From contig CM060732.1 of NCBI GenBank assembly GCA_030704615.1, positions 31,806,001-31,870,000 on the forward strand: 64,000 nucleotides of DNA, given 5' to 3'. Positions 14,557 to 25,735 of the stretch are shown in pieces. The notes beneath the pieces are model-generated. The model saw only the letters and a program-made list of their open reading frames with translations. It ran no database searches and was not told the DNA's origin. Each line of letters opens with the position of its first letter. Positions within the stretch are counted from its first letter, which is position 1. The stretch comes from Takakia lepidozioides. Its lineage: Eukaryota; Plantae; Bryophyta. A program made the translations under genes and the position numbers.

Positions 14557-16276
14557 TTTTTTTTTTTTTTTTTTTTTTTTTGGATCAAAAGGGATTGTAG
14601 CCCTGATTATTTTTATTATATTTTTGGTTGGCCAAAAGGCCATTACAATTTATTTGGGATTATTCGGGGAAAAAAATTAAAACCCCTAATTTCGCCATAA
14701 GGCACACACACCGTGATCAGTGAAATTAGAACCCGTACCCTCATTGAGGTAAACTTGAGCCAAAGCAGCCCCGAACTTGGCCCCTCGAAGAAAGAAGTGT
14801 GAACCATGGTAACCAGAAACGAGAACCGTAGGTTCTATGTTACTACCCCGGAGGAAGAAGCAGAAACCGGAAGTCCACACATGAATGCAAAGAGTAGTGG
14901 CACCAGAGTGAGTTAGTGCACTGCCTAGGAATTGTTAATGCAATTACACCTGCCTAAACTAGGGCAGTTAACCTTAATATGTCCCATTTGTCCACAACTG
15001 AAGCACGCTGATGATGAGCAGTCTTCAATGAGGTGGATAGTGTAGTAGTTACCTTTGTCGTCTATAGGGAGTATGACATATTCTGGGAGGATGTCTTCAT
15101 TTGGCATAGTAAGGACCATTTTTATAGAACCTGTCTCATGAAGCCTGGATGCTATGGTCACTCATTTCCACGCCGGATCTTGCCTCAGGTATTCTGTGTC
15201 CATCTTTGGGTCAAATACTGCTAAACAGCCTAGATAGAAACCAAAGAGCTTGGCAATGTCCGGCAGGTTAACAAGGTACTAGTCAGGAATAAATGGCAAT
15301 GAAACAATTCTTGGTCCCCAGAGTTTCCCATTCCTATTGTCCAAGTTGGAATTCCATGGGAAAATATTGACATTAAATCCCTTTGTATGAAGGTTGAATC
15401 TGAGTGCTTGAGTTGCTGCTTGTTTTGTCTCAAATACGATGGAGTAAAACCCCCGCCCTTTGGAGTGGCAGAATTGTTGCTTAAGCTCTCCTGTACCTCC
15501 CAGGTATCTTGTCGCCCAGTCCCTGACGTGTGCTCTGTCCACCTTCTTGCCTGGAAAATGCGGTAAAATACCATGCTCCTCCATTTTTCCCACCCTCTTG
15601 GAAAGATTTGGAAGGTCAATGTCCGCCAGTGGGAAGTCCTTGTTCATAGCTACCTGTTTGGTAGCTGTCTCCTCAACGTAGTCTTCAACTGGTGGAGATA
15701 GAAGAAGGACTCCCAACAATGCAGGATCTAGCCTAGGCATTTTTAGAAGGGGCAGGGGAGGGGATGGAGTGTCGACATAAGAGGATGAAGGCCTGGGGGA
15801 TGGGTGTCTCACTACTCCAGCCCCTCCAGCATACCCCGATAGCGTTGATGAGCCAGAAAGAACCCCGTACTCGATGAGGGAGCGAAGCTCCTGTGCTGCA
15901 ACTGTGCAGGGGCGGAGGGGTGACGAATCTCTACACTACCCTTTGATCTAGGACCGATGTATCCGCTGGACCCATAATGCAGAGGAAAGGAGATGAGCCT
16001 ACTGAAAGCAAAACATCAACAAATAGGAGAGAAAAAAGCAAAACAAAAGCGCAAGGAGGCGAGGAACCAGTATGCAGAAAATTTAGCTGAGAAAGGAAAG
16101 AGAGGGAGAGAGTGGGGACAAACGTCAGAAAACCATGAGGTAAGAGTGGCGGCAAACGAGCTGGCCAGACTATTAATTAGCCGTCATTCCTAGGAGAGGA
16201 ATGGGTAAGGGCGCCGCCTGCCCGAGACTGGGATCAAAGGAGGAAGGATGAAGAGTTCACAGAAAAGAGAGAAATC
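14557..16276 (-). mobile_element. L1-type LINE derivative carrying only ORF1
   Basis: Poly(A) tail (T-run 14557-14581 on +). Frameshifted ORF1 at 15279-15812 and 14925-15161, with a DUF4283-like region (KGRGFYSIVFET, NIFPW) and zinc knuckle CFSCGQMGHIKVNC. No ORF2. Confidence 0.7.
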
Positions 16277-16637
16277 ATGATGTTTGGTTTGTTTTGTCAC
16301 GTTGAGATGTCCCAAACCGCGAGACCCCATCCCTGGTGCTTGGTACCGTTGGAAGCCCTCGACGAGGAGGGGTGCACGGGCTTGGTCTCACGATTTTTGG
16401 ACCCACGGTGTGGGAGATGTGGAATTCCAAGTACTTTTGGTCGCTGGAAATTCACAAAAAATAGCAAAAATGGCAAAGTGGGCATTCTTGGGACAATGGT
16501 TGAAGCCTCGACGGGAGAGATATCAAGGGAAAGGTCTCCGGTTCAAATCTGGTCGTTGGCTCTCTAGAAAAACAATTGATTAGATAGGGGACATAGATGA
16601 CACTGGACACTTGGGCCAACGGCACAGGCTACCCTAG
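16277..16637 (+). mobile_element. non-autonomous Helitron copy (same family as the array at 50466-52000)
   Basis: Reverse complement of the array unit. Ends in hairpin cttgggccaacggcacagg, then ctaccCTAG followed by T. Confidence 0.7.
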
Positions 16638-17601
16638 TTTGTAATTAAGATGGAGCCATTATGCAACCAACCAAACGTCTCGATTCATATATTGATTAGA
16701 AAGCTAGCGCTGACGGCCCCAAATTTATTGGAATAAATTTTATAAATACTCACTCAAAGTATAAAATCGGGACGGTGAGTGTAGTAAATATCATTTAGGA
16801 TGAAAAAAAACCACTGTATTTTATGTTTTTTTAGAAAGGGGTCATCATTTTTTAAATGATAATTATATTATTCAGATTATTATTAATGAATGATGATATA
16901 CTACAAGTGACTACAGATCAATGTTTTTTTCTTTTTCCACTTTTCTGAAATCGCCGCCACAAGGGTCACTTGTAAATTCTACCCAATCCTATGTTGAGAG
17001 TAACAAGGTGACATGATTATAAAAGTGGCTATATAATAGGTGTCACATTTTAACAGGTCCACGTAGGAAAAGTCTGGCTCCTAATATTTAACCATTGGCA
17101 CTTTCTGGCAAATTTTTGTATTTTTACTCCCATAATTCCTTTGTAAAAATAGCTGACCCATTTTTCAGGTCGAAAACTGATGATTTTTTGCCAAATTGAA
17201 AAACACTGCTACAAATAGTTTCAAAACAATAAATATTGGTTTATGATTCAATAGTCCCATATATAATGTATTTTTTGTTTTTATGTAAGATATTTATCCA
17301 AATATGATAAAGATTTGAATCTTACTAGATAATACTAAGTAGATAATTCATGAATTGAATTAAAATTTCATGTGATAGATATTCATGAATTGTTTTGTGG
17401 ATGAAAAAAATTGATCTCAATAATTGACATGCAAAGATTGTATGAAGTAAACTTCTTAAAAAATAGAAAAAATAAAGGCGTTGGCCATCTACTTTATGTA
17501 AACTATACACTTAAAAAATAATCGTGAAATCTAGAAATGGAATATTTTTTATTCTTCACCTCAATACAAAATAATGGTAATAAATCAAATGCAAGGTACT
17601 A

Positions 17602-20315
17602 CCGTACTTACCTAGCTTATTAGGCAATAATTAATTCAAAATCAGGCGCCTAACTAAATTTAGAACATTTTTGGAAAATGTACCTAAAACTTGGAAAAAC
17701 CTCCTGAGAAGTGCCTAATTGCTCGAAAATTATGAAAAAATACCAAAATGTACAAATATGTGGAAAAAATGCCTGAATTATATTATTTAAAGTCCCAAAA
17801 ATTGGCAAAAATACCTACAATTTAAAAAAATTCATGTCCACACAACTTCCAAAGGGCCCTGCATTGATGCAACTACATCTTCATAAGTCTCATCACCTAT
17901 CTCATGTGAATCTTCTGATTCTGAGAGAAGGTTAAGGTCAGGAACATCATCATCCTCGATATGCATGTTTGCAAGACTTCGGCTCGGCTCATGCTCTCAA
18001 TGACACTTCCATCAAAATAGACATCAGGAACATCCTCCATGGCAAGATCTCCTTCCAATTGGGTGTTTGGGTTTGAAAACAAAGAAGATATAAAATTGGC
18101 ACTCATTGTCTCACCTTGAAGGCATTCACGCATAATTGACAACTCTGTCTTCAACAATATTTGATATGTAGGCACACCAGCCCTTATGTATTCTTGAATC
18201 TCTCTTGCAGACCAATTCTTGAATCGAGCTGAAAATGCACACTTGAGTGGTCTCTGCAATATAACATCAGCAGGCTGCAACTTTGCTGTGCAATTTGCAA
18301 GAATGTATAAAAGACAAATATATATGAGGATGATTCTCCTTCATGTTTGCCCTGAATTCTTCAGACCGATGGACGCTCCAACAATCAATTAACTAGATCA
18401 TTTTCTGGTCACTAGGCAACTGCAACCAGGTCCTCTCAGAGTGTAAATAAGGTAATATAATACTCTCCACAAATTGTTGGCAAGTGCTCAGGTTGGACCA
18501 ATGGTTATGGGAGATAGTCAAATGAAAACCATGTTTTGCAATACGACATGCCAACGTACGCAAGCAGTTATAGCTCTATTGTCCTCCACTCCAATCTATG
18601 CCACATCTTTTTTACCCCGCCTTTCCCATGTTCTCTCCCCTGCCATTGGTACCAAATAAATACTTGTCTGGTCCGTGTTCACAATGAGACTCAGTGGGAT
18701 GTTATATATCTTGACCAAATAGGCAATCCGATGAGCCATAGTGGTGCCTTAGGCCTCCCAATCATTTGGAGACTTCCCATGCATTGTTGGTGATCGTTTG
18801 TAACTCCAATTTAGTGAGTCATGCATGAACCTTCTAGTCCAATCCAAGCTGACGCAAAATTGCCTCTGCAAAACATGAGGCACCTTCTCCCTCAAATAAC
18901 CCAATATAATAGACTGCACAATGCTTGTATGAAATGATTGACCAGCGGCCTACATAGAAAATAATAGATTGACCAAGTCTCGTACAATTATTGGATCCAA
19001 ATTTGCTAAGGCCAAATTTGAAATGGGCCACTTAGAACCCCATAAATGATTCCTACCAATCATTGCCGGCACATGTGGCTTCAACTCTATTGTGCTTGTG
19101 AACCAATTTGCAAGAGTCCTTCTTGTCAAATTGTCATAAGGACTTGTAGGCTCTCCATGGACCCTGTAGGCACGTCGGAGATGATTCATTGCATCAACAA
19201 AAATTTTGTGCTACTTCATTGCAGCTGTGGCCATGTCTCTGAGCTAAACCAATTGGTATAAGTTCCTCTTGTTTTGTGCTTCCGACTTGGCCCTGATGTA
19301 GATCCCTGAGTGGGTTCAAGGAGAAGTTCAGGTGGGAGCTTCTTTTTCAAGTCCAGACTGAGATGACAATGGACAAGCGAATGGTACCTGCTGAGTCGAT
19401 ACTCTAAATATGCGAGGGCGTCCTACTCTTCGCTTTGTAGGCTCCGTAGTCAACCCTTTCCTATCCATTGGGCCTAACTGTTCACCTTGTTTCCGAACCT
19501 CCTTTAGATGCTGGTCTTTGTTGACCTTAGAGAACATGGTTAATAAATTGGATTGTGGCATGGTGTTGGCACCTGCATTGTGCACAACAATTAACAATGA
19601 TCAAAGTCTAAGAATATCAAGTTGAAGATGCATTCAGAGTTTGAGAGAGGGTCCAATTGATACGTAAAAGCCCTTCATAAATATGTAATCAAAATGCAAT
19701 CATTACTTTTGAAATTCAGTGTGTGGGTCACTGTAATAAGCACTAGGTGGGTCCTTTTGTACTTTCAAATTTGTGGGTAATCATCTCAAGTGCTTTTAGT
19801 GTTCACAATGCCATATGCTTAGAGCAAGAGTTCCAGTACCTTCTAAACAATATGATAGTACCTCTTAGTCTGAGGCGCCCTCCTGGTACGTCCTAGTCTG
19901 ACGATATATGCAGCCTCGAGCTTCCAACTGCGGCTGCTACCGTATCTCCAACGCCCTGCCACTTCCTGCGCCTCCAACTTGCCCAAGCTAGGTAAAAGTA
20001 CGGTATGCAGAGACACTAACCAAAAAACCAGTTGGAAAGGTATAGGGTTTAGGTAGTTACCATGCATGTAGGTACGTACAGCCTTCACTGCAGCCATTCT
20101 TTTATCACATATCAAACATTATGTGTTTTTTTTAATAAAATAAGGGAGGTAAAAAACAATTGTGCATCATTATCCAAGGTCGACTGAAATACATGCTTAG
20201 TATTAGAAAATTACCTAGTTGAGGTGCCTAAATAATAAAAACAAATATGACTAATAATATTCTATTTTTATTAACTACTAGGCGCGGAAGTGCCTAATAA
20301 GCTAGGTAAGTACGG
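17602..20315 (-). mobile_element. pogo/Fot1-like (DDE_1) DNA transposon with degraded transposase
   Basis: Perfect 25-bp TIRs ccgtacttacctagcttattaggca (17602-17626; reverse complement 20291-20315), TA on both sides. Transposase pieces include NCTAKLQPADVILQRPLKCAF (ORF 17897-18280) and fragments up to ~19600. Confidence 0.9.
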
Positions 20316-21229
20316 TAATGTGACAAGATAAAATTGAATGTGATGGAACTGGTTATATGAGGGATATATCTGAAAAAAACTGAATATAATCACACTCAAT
20401 GTGATAATCAGTGAAGAGAACTGAATATAATAGAACTATAGGAATAAAACAACTGAATGGAACTAAATATAATAGAACTGAAAGAATAAAATCAAGAAAG
20501 AAAACATAACATAATAGAATTGAAGGAATAAATGTGAAGGGAACTGAACATAATGAAATTATAGCACTCACCAAGTAATAATAGGCAGCTGAAAATCTAT
20601 AGTCTACTGCAAATGGGAGAAATAATATCTTGAAAAGAAGGTATAGAAGGAGAAAACAATCTATGCGTGGTGTCTCTCTTTACGGAGGATCAGCCAAAAA
20701 AATTCACGACCTGCCCTCCTAGATGACTGGCGGGCTTCTATAAGAACAAGCCCTTCATATCCGTCCGTCAAGGGGAAAATGAGTACAAATTATACATATC
20801 CGCTGGACAAGGAGAAATCTTTGTTTCCTCATAAGCCCGGCCCAACGGGCTTTTAACCCCTAAAAGACCACACTACACATTTTGGGCACCAATCAATCTG
20901 CTCTAGGGTCCTTACACCAAATCGAGCCCCACAATAGGTTGTCTGCAGTTTGGAGTTAGGCACAAATATGTTTTTCTTGACCTGCCTGTGTGATCTATTG
21001 GCTATTTATGGCTATCTATTTTGAACCTCCCATTAAATGGCAATGTGGCAATTGGTGTTTACTAGTTTATGATCTTGCAATGGCTTTTTCCATAATATTA
21101 AGTTAATGCTGGTCCAATCCTGCCACAAAAAGCACGGATACCCAAATCAGGTCACTGTTTACATTTGATTAGAGGCTTTAGCCAAAGAATTTGTATTTTG
21201 GCTACTTTTTGTTTTAGAAAAGTTCAATA

Positions 21230-21331
21230 GGGAGAGAGAGAGAGAGAGAGAAGACTCCGGCCGAAGCCGGCGTAATTAAGAGCCATTTTGCCTTCCGGCT
21301 ACGGTCTCCTTTCAGGGGTGGGCCCTATAAT
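21230..21331 (-). mobile_element. short 3' end of Dualen-like LINE with (TC)n tail
   Basis: Same sequence as 22605-22692. Flanked by a 9-bp TSD agttcaata (21221-21229, 21332-21340). Confidence 0.8.
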
Positions 21332-22604
21332 AGTTCAATATAGAGAAATGGTACAAAAGTTTGGCAGTTGGGCATGGCTTTTTACTTTTAGCAAAGGTGG
21401 CTACTAGATGGCAAAATATAAATAGCCAGTGAAATTGTTCATAGCTCACTTACCCCAATCCACAAAAGAGGTCCCATCAAATCTACTTCTTTTCAGCTGA
21501 AATTTTTAAGATATGATTCACTCAATCTTGCATTGTTGTTTTCACTTTCTGTTTTCATTCGAAAAACAAATCCTTGATTTGTTTTGCGATACAAACTTTG
21601 AGGAAGACAAGCTCCATTAATTTCAGCATTGCCCCAAGATCAAACTTTATAATCTCATAGATCCGATGATGAATTCCGTCTTTTGTTTTTACATTGAATT
21701 AAGAAGGAAGGTGGGTAGCCAATCCTTAGAGGGTTTGATCTACAAGGCCATTTTCCAACCAACCCCTAGACCTCCTTTAAGGGTTATTGACAAGTCGAGG
21801 CCCGTATGTTGCAGCTACCTACATTGAAAAAATCATGCAATTACCTGTATGGAGGTCATTTTAAATTTTCTAACCCAAAAAAATTCTTAGTCTTTGACCT
21901 AATTGATCTACGCAGGTAATTTGCTTCTATGTTAGTGAGGTGGTGGACCCCACCACATGATCAACCTCATTAGGAGGAACAGGTCATCCCTCATGGTATA
22001 AGGTCTATAATGTTGTAAGGGTTATTTTCCATGTCAACTAGTTCTCTGTCTATGACACCATCCTAAAATGGTTGCGAGTATGGGCTTACCATGGGTCACA
22101 TCCATTGAATAAGGGCCCCAAGTTTACTTGGGCCCTGTCCGTTAAAGGATGGTCCATGAATTAAAAAGGAGGGATATAATAGATTTGAAGAAATAACGGA
22201 TTTGTAAGGGGCTCCAAAATAAGTTGCGTGGGCCTTGTCCATTAGGGGATGGTCCAAGAATTAGAAAGGGGGGATTTTTAATAAGGCATAGAGGGATTTG
22301 AAGAAATAATATGTAATGGGGTCCAAAAAAAGACGATAGGAAGGCGACATCTATTGAAGGAGGATGGTTGACGGATGTGAACCTGTGGGCTGTCTGTGTC
22401 GATTGTTCTAGAAAACTACATGCACGGTGACGGGTGGTTGAAACAACGAAGAAACAGGTTGCATAGAGAATACATATGAAGAATAAGATAAGGTGATAGC
22501 GTGATGATCTTCAAGGCGATAGCGCGAAAGAGGAGCTGCGCAGGATGAAGAGCATATTCAAACAAGGAAACGGAATGAACAGAGGAGGAAGCCTCTCAGA
22601 TGCA

Positions 22605-23290
22605 AGAGAGAGATAAGACTCCGGCCGAAACCGGCGTAACTAAGAGCCACTTTGCCTTACGGCTACTGCCCCCTTTCGGGGGTGGGCCCTATAAAGAAAA
22701 CAAGTGTAAAAGGGACACCGGGTAGCCAGGTAGTAGTGGTGCCTAGGAAATCTAGAGTACCCGAGAGTACCCTAGGGTACTCTCGGGTACCGAAGAGGGA
22801 TTGGATTCGAGTTGTCGCTTATTGGTGATGATAGCTGTGAGGGAATGAAGCGTCGTGAGGTGTATGGCTTCGAAGCATTTATGGATAGAAGTGATGGGGA
22901 GTTTAAAGTTGTTTTGAAGTGCAGAGATGCTGGCATTATGTATACCCCCTCTGGTGCCAGCAGTGATGACAGTAAGCGGGTCTGTGACCCAGCCCAACCG
23001 GCGGATAGCAATGATAAGTGGTGCATATTTTTGGCGTTTTTTTAGGATGGAGGAGCTTGGAAAGCGGTCATTGCAGTATTTAAATTCTATGAAATGTATG
23101 GTAATGGCTCTGGAAGGGGCAGTGGGAGGGGAAGCGTTAATGGGGAGTCCCTGGACTAGTAGGATATCCGGGCAGAGTCTAGTGGGGCAAGTGCAGGGTG
23201 CGTGAGGTCGGCATACATACGGGAGTAGCCATGTTGGTACTGTATGATCAGGCTCGGTAGGTGCCTTGTGAAGGGATTAAAACATGTCTC
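22605..23290 (-). mobile_element. Dualen/RandI-like LINE 3' part: restriction-like endonuclease and 3' UTR
   Basis: Minus-strand translation CTCPTRLCPDILLVQG...IHFIEFKYCNDRF...KRQKYAPL...GWVTDPLTVITAGTRGGIH fits a PD-(D/E)xK RLE. It is followed by a 3' UTR and (TC)n tail. Confidence 0.75.
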
Positions 23291-23579
23291 GTCTATAGAC
23301 GGCTTCGGGGCCTAGGCGGTAGGAGTTAGACAATAAAACACAAAGACTTGGAAGACAGTTACTAAATAGATTGTAAGATACCGTAGGACTTAGAAACGCA
23401 AACTCGCCCTGTGAAGAGGAGTACGTGATTTCTCTTTGCCGGTAGGACTTAGCTAGTGATCATAGCCACCATGTATGACCACGGACCCCATGCACTAACC
23501 GCAGTCGGGTAGGCGGTTCAGTGAGCCCAACCTACACCGCAACTTACCACGACCCCCCTAGATTAATATGCCATCACCC

Positions 23580-24620
23580 TGACCGCGCGCGCTCAGGCCT
23601 CGTCATCCGGGCCCCTCACCCATGAGGCTCTACAATGGGCGCGCCTCGTCGCCTCTTCCTCCCCTCCGCCATCACTATCATTATTCTCACTCAACAAAGT
23701 TCACCTAATCACCACCACCCCCTTCTCCAACTCCCCCCTAGGTAACGCCACTAGCTGCCATTGAACCCAACCACCTCCGCTACAGGCGCACCCTGCCCTT
23801 CCTCAAATATCTCCGCCACAAATAACCCACTATAACCCTGTTGCTGTTAGTCCAGAAACCCCCATGCACCTCCATACCCGCAAACTTCCCCACTCGCCTC
23901 AATCATCTTTTATCCGGCACCCATGGCATGTCCCTCACCATCTACCCACCCTCACCACCACATAGTCCTCCCTTCAAATCAACCTATAAGCCAAAACCAA
24001 ACAAAGATTGGGCCATGGCACCCCCCCGCCCTATCACCATCCACGATATAACCTCCACGGATGCCCCCCCGGTACATTTGGGGCCTATCGCCCCCAAATC
24101 CCCCCCACTTCATTCACACTATACTGATGGCTCCCACTCCGGCTCAGGAGCCGGATACGACATCTACCACGCCGCCACTAACAATGGTACCGCCTACCGA
24201 CTTCCCGGCCCCACAACCATACTACGTGCTGAACTCATGGCTATCTTTGAAGCTCTTTCCCAACCCACTCCGTTTCCCACGCCATACTATATTTTTACGG
24301 ATAGTCTCACTTCACTCTTTCTACTTCGTAACCACCTCGCATGTCCTCCTCCCATCACCACCACCCCGATTGTAACCTTATTACTGCTATTATTAACCTT
24401 GCTATCTCCATCAACAAACCCATCCATATTATCAAAGTCCGCTCACACACCGGTATTAACGGGAACGAGGAGGCTAACCTCCTCGCGCAGCTGGGGGCCT
24501 CCAAACCCCCGGTTGAGCCCTCGGCTGACCCCATACATATTTCCCTTCACACCCATTCTGGCTGATTCACCCGGTTCCTGGCCCCCCCGAACCCCGGCCT
24601 ATCCGTAACCTCCTTACTAC
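23580..24620 (+). mobile_element. inverted LINE segment encoding RNase H
   Basis: HYTDGS...TILRAELMAI...YIFTDSLTS and KVRSHTGINGNEEANLLA (ORFs 23841-24608, 24341-24565) are RNase HI motifs of non-LTR elements. Confidence 0.8.
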
Positions 24621-25439
24621 CTTAGAAGCCAGCAAGCAAGCCGCTGCTTCCCTCAGCCACACCAAACTGCATATTCAAGCTCATTTTGATACAAGGATCG
24701 AAACTGCGTCTCTGACTGACTTTGTTCGGCCAAGTGGCAATTTGCATGGTCTATTGAACGATCATGCACATGTATACGGTGTGACGCAGTGATGGAAGCT
24801 ACGTCAGCCTCTGCTTCCGTTCACAACGAAGGTGTTGATTTGGGCATTTGGCGCTGGCTGTGCAGGTCCACCCAACACAGTTCAGAGACAGAGGAGACAT
24901 GTGACCTTTGTATCCATTTGGGGGACCGAATGGTTTCCAGCAACGAGCTCTTAGGAGATCTACAGCCGTTTTTCTTCCCCAAATCACAGATGAATGAAGG
25001 TCCATTAAGATTGAGTTTTTTTTCTCTCAGTTTAATGTTTTTGTCTAATCCTAGGAAGAGAGGGGCGTCGCCCCGAGGTCGCTTATCTTAGAGGTATTAG
25101 TTGATAGCTGGGATTAACTAACCTGGTTGCGAATCATTGCTAGGGTCTACGATGCCGAGAGACTGAACGACAATCAAGTAACGTCAACCAGACCTCCAAA
25201 TTATTTGTAATTTCCCACAACTTCCCTACAACAATGATTCAAGATCTCCAGCGTGAAGGAAGTATTAAAAGTTGCGCAATTTGTCTTCCCACTTTCCAGG
25301 TCTGGACACCTAATGCATGGTTGAACGCTGTTGCTGCCCAATTGAGTCTTGAAAACTCTCACATTTTCACCAACATGTTGCAGAGTCATGGAACTTGAAT
25401 GCCCAAGAACTTATCACATGGATGGACTTTTGTAACCAG

Positions 25440-25735
25440 CACTACAAGAAAAGGGGGGGGGGTTTTCGACGCCGCAGCCACGCCTCGGCGTCGTAAAACA
25501 GCCCTTTTCGGGCAGGGGGGAAAACCCAAATTTGCGACGCCCGGACGTCGCAAGCCCGTCGCAAAAAAAACGTCGCAAATTTGCGACCAATGGGGGTCGC
25601 AAATAGGCGAAACCGTGATTTGCGACGCCCGGGCGTCGGGAAAAAACAAAAAAAACAAAAAAACAAAAAAAAACCTACTCTATAATGCAGAATTAGCACC
25701 GTCCGGGGGTTGCAAAGTGCGACGCCCGGAAGTCA
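25440..25735 (+). mobile_element. CACTA (EnSpm) terminus with subterminal repeats
   Basis: Begins CACTACAAGAAAA, followed by repeated gcgacgccc/gggcgtcg motifs in both orientations. Confidence 0.8.
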
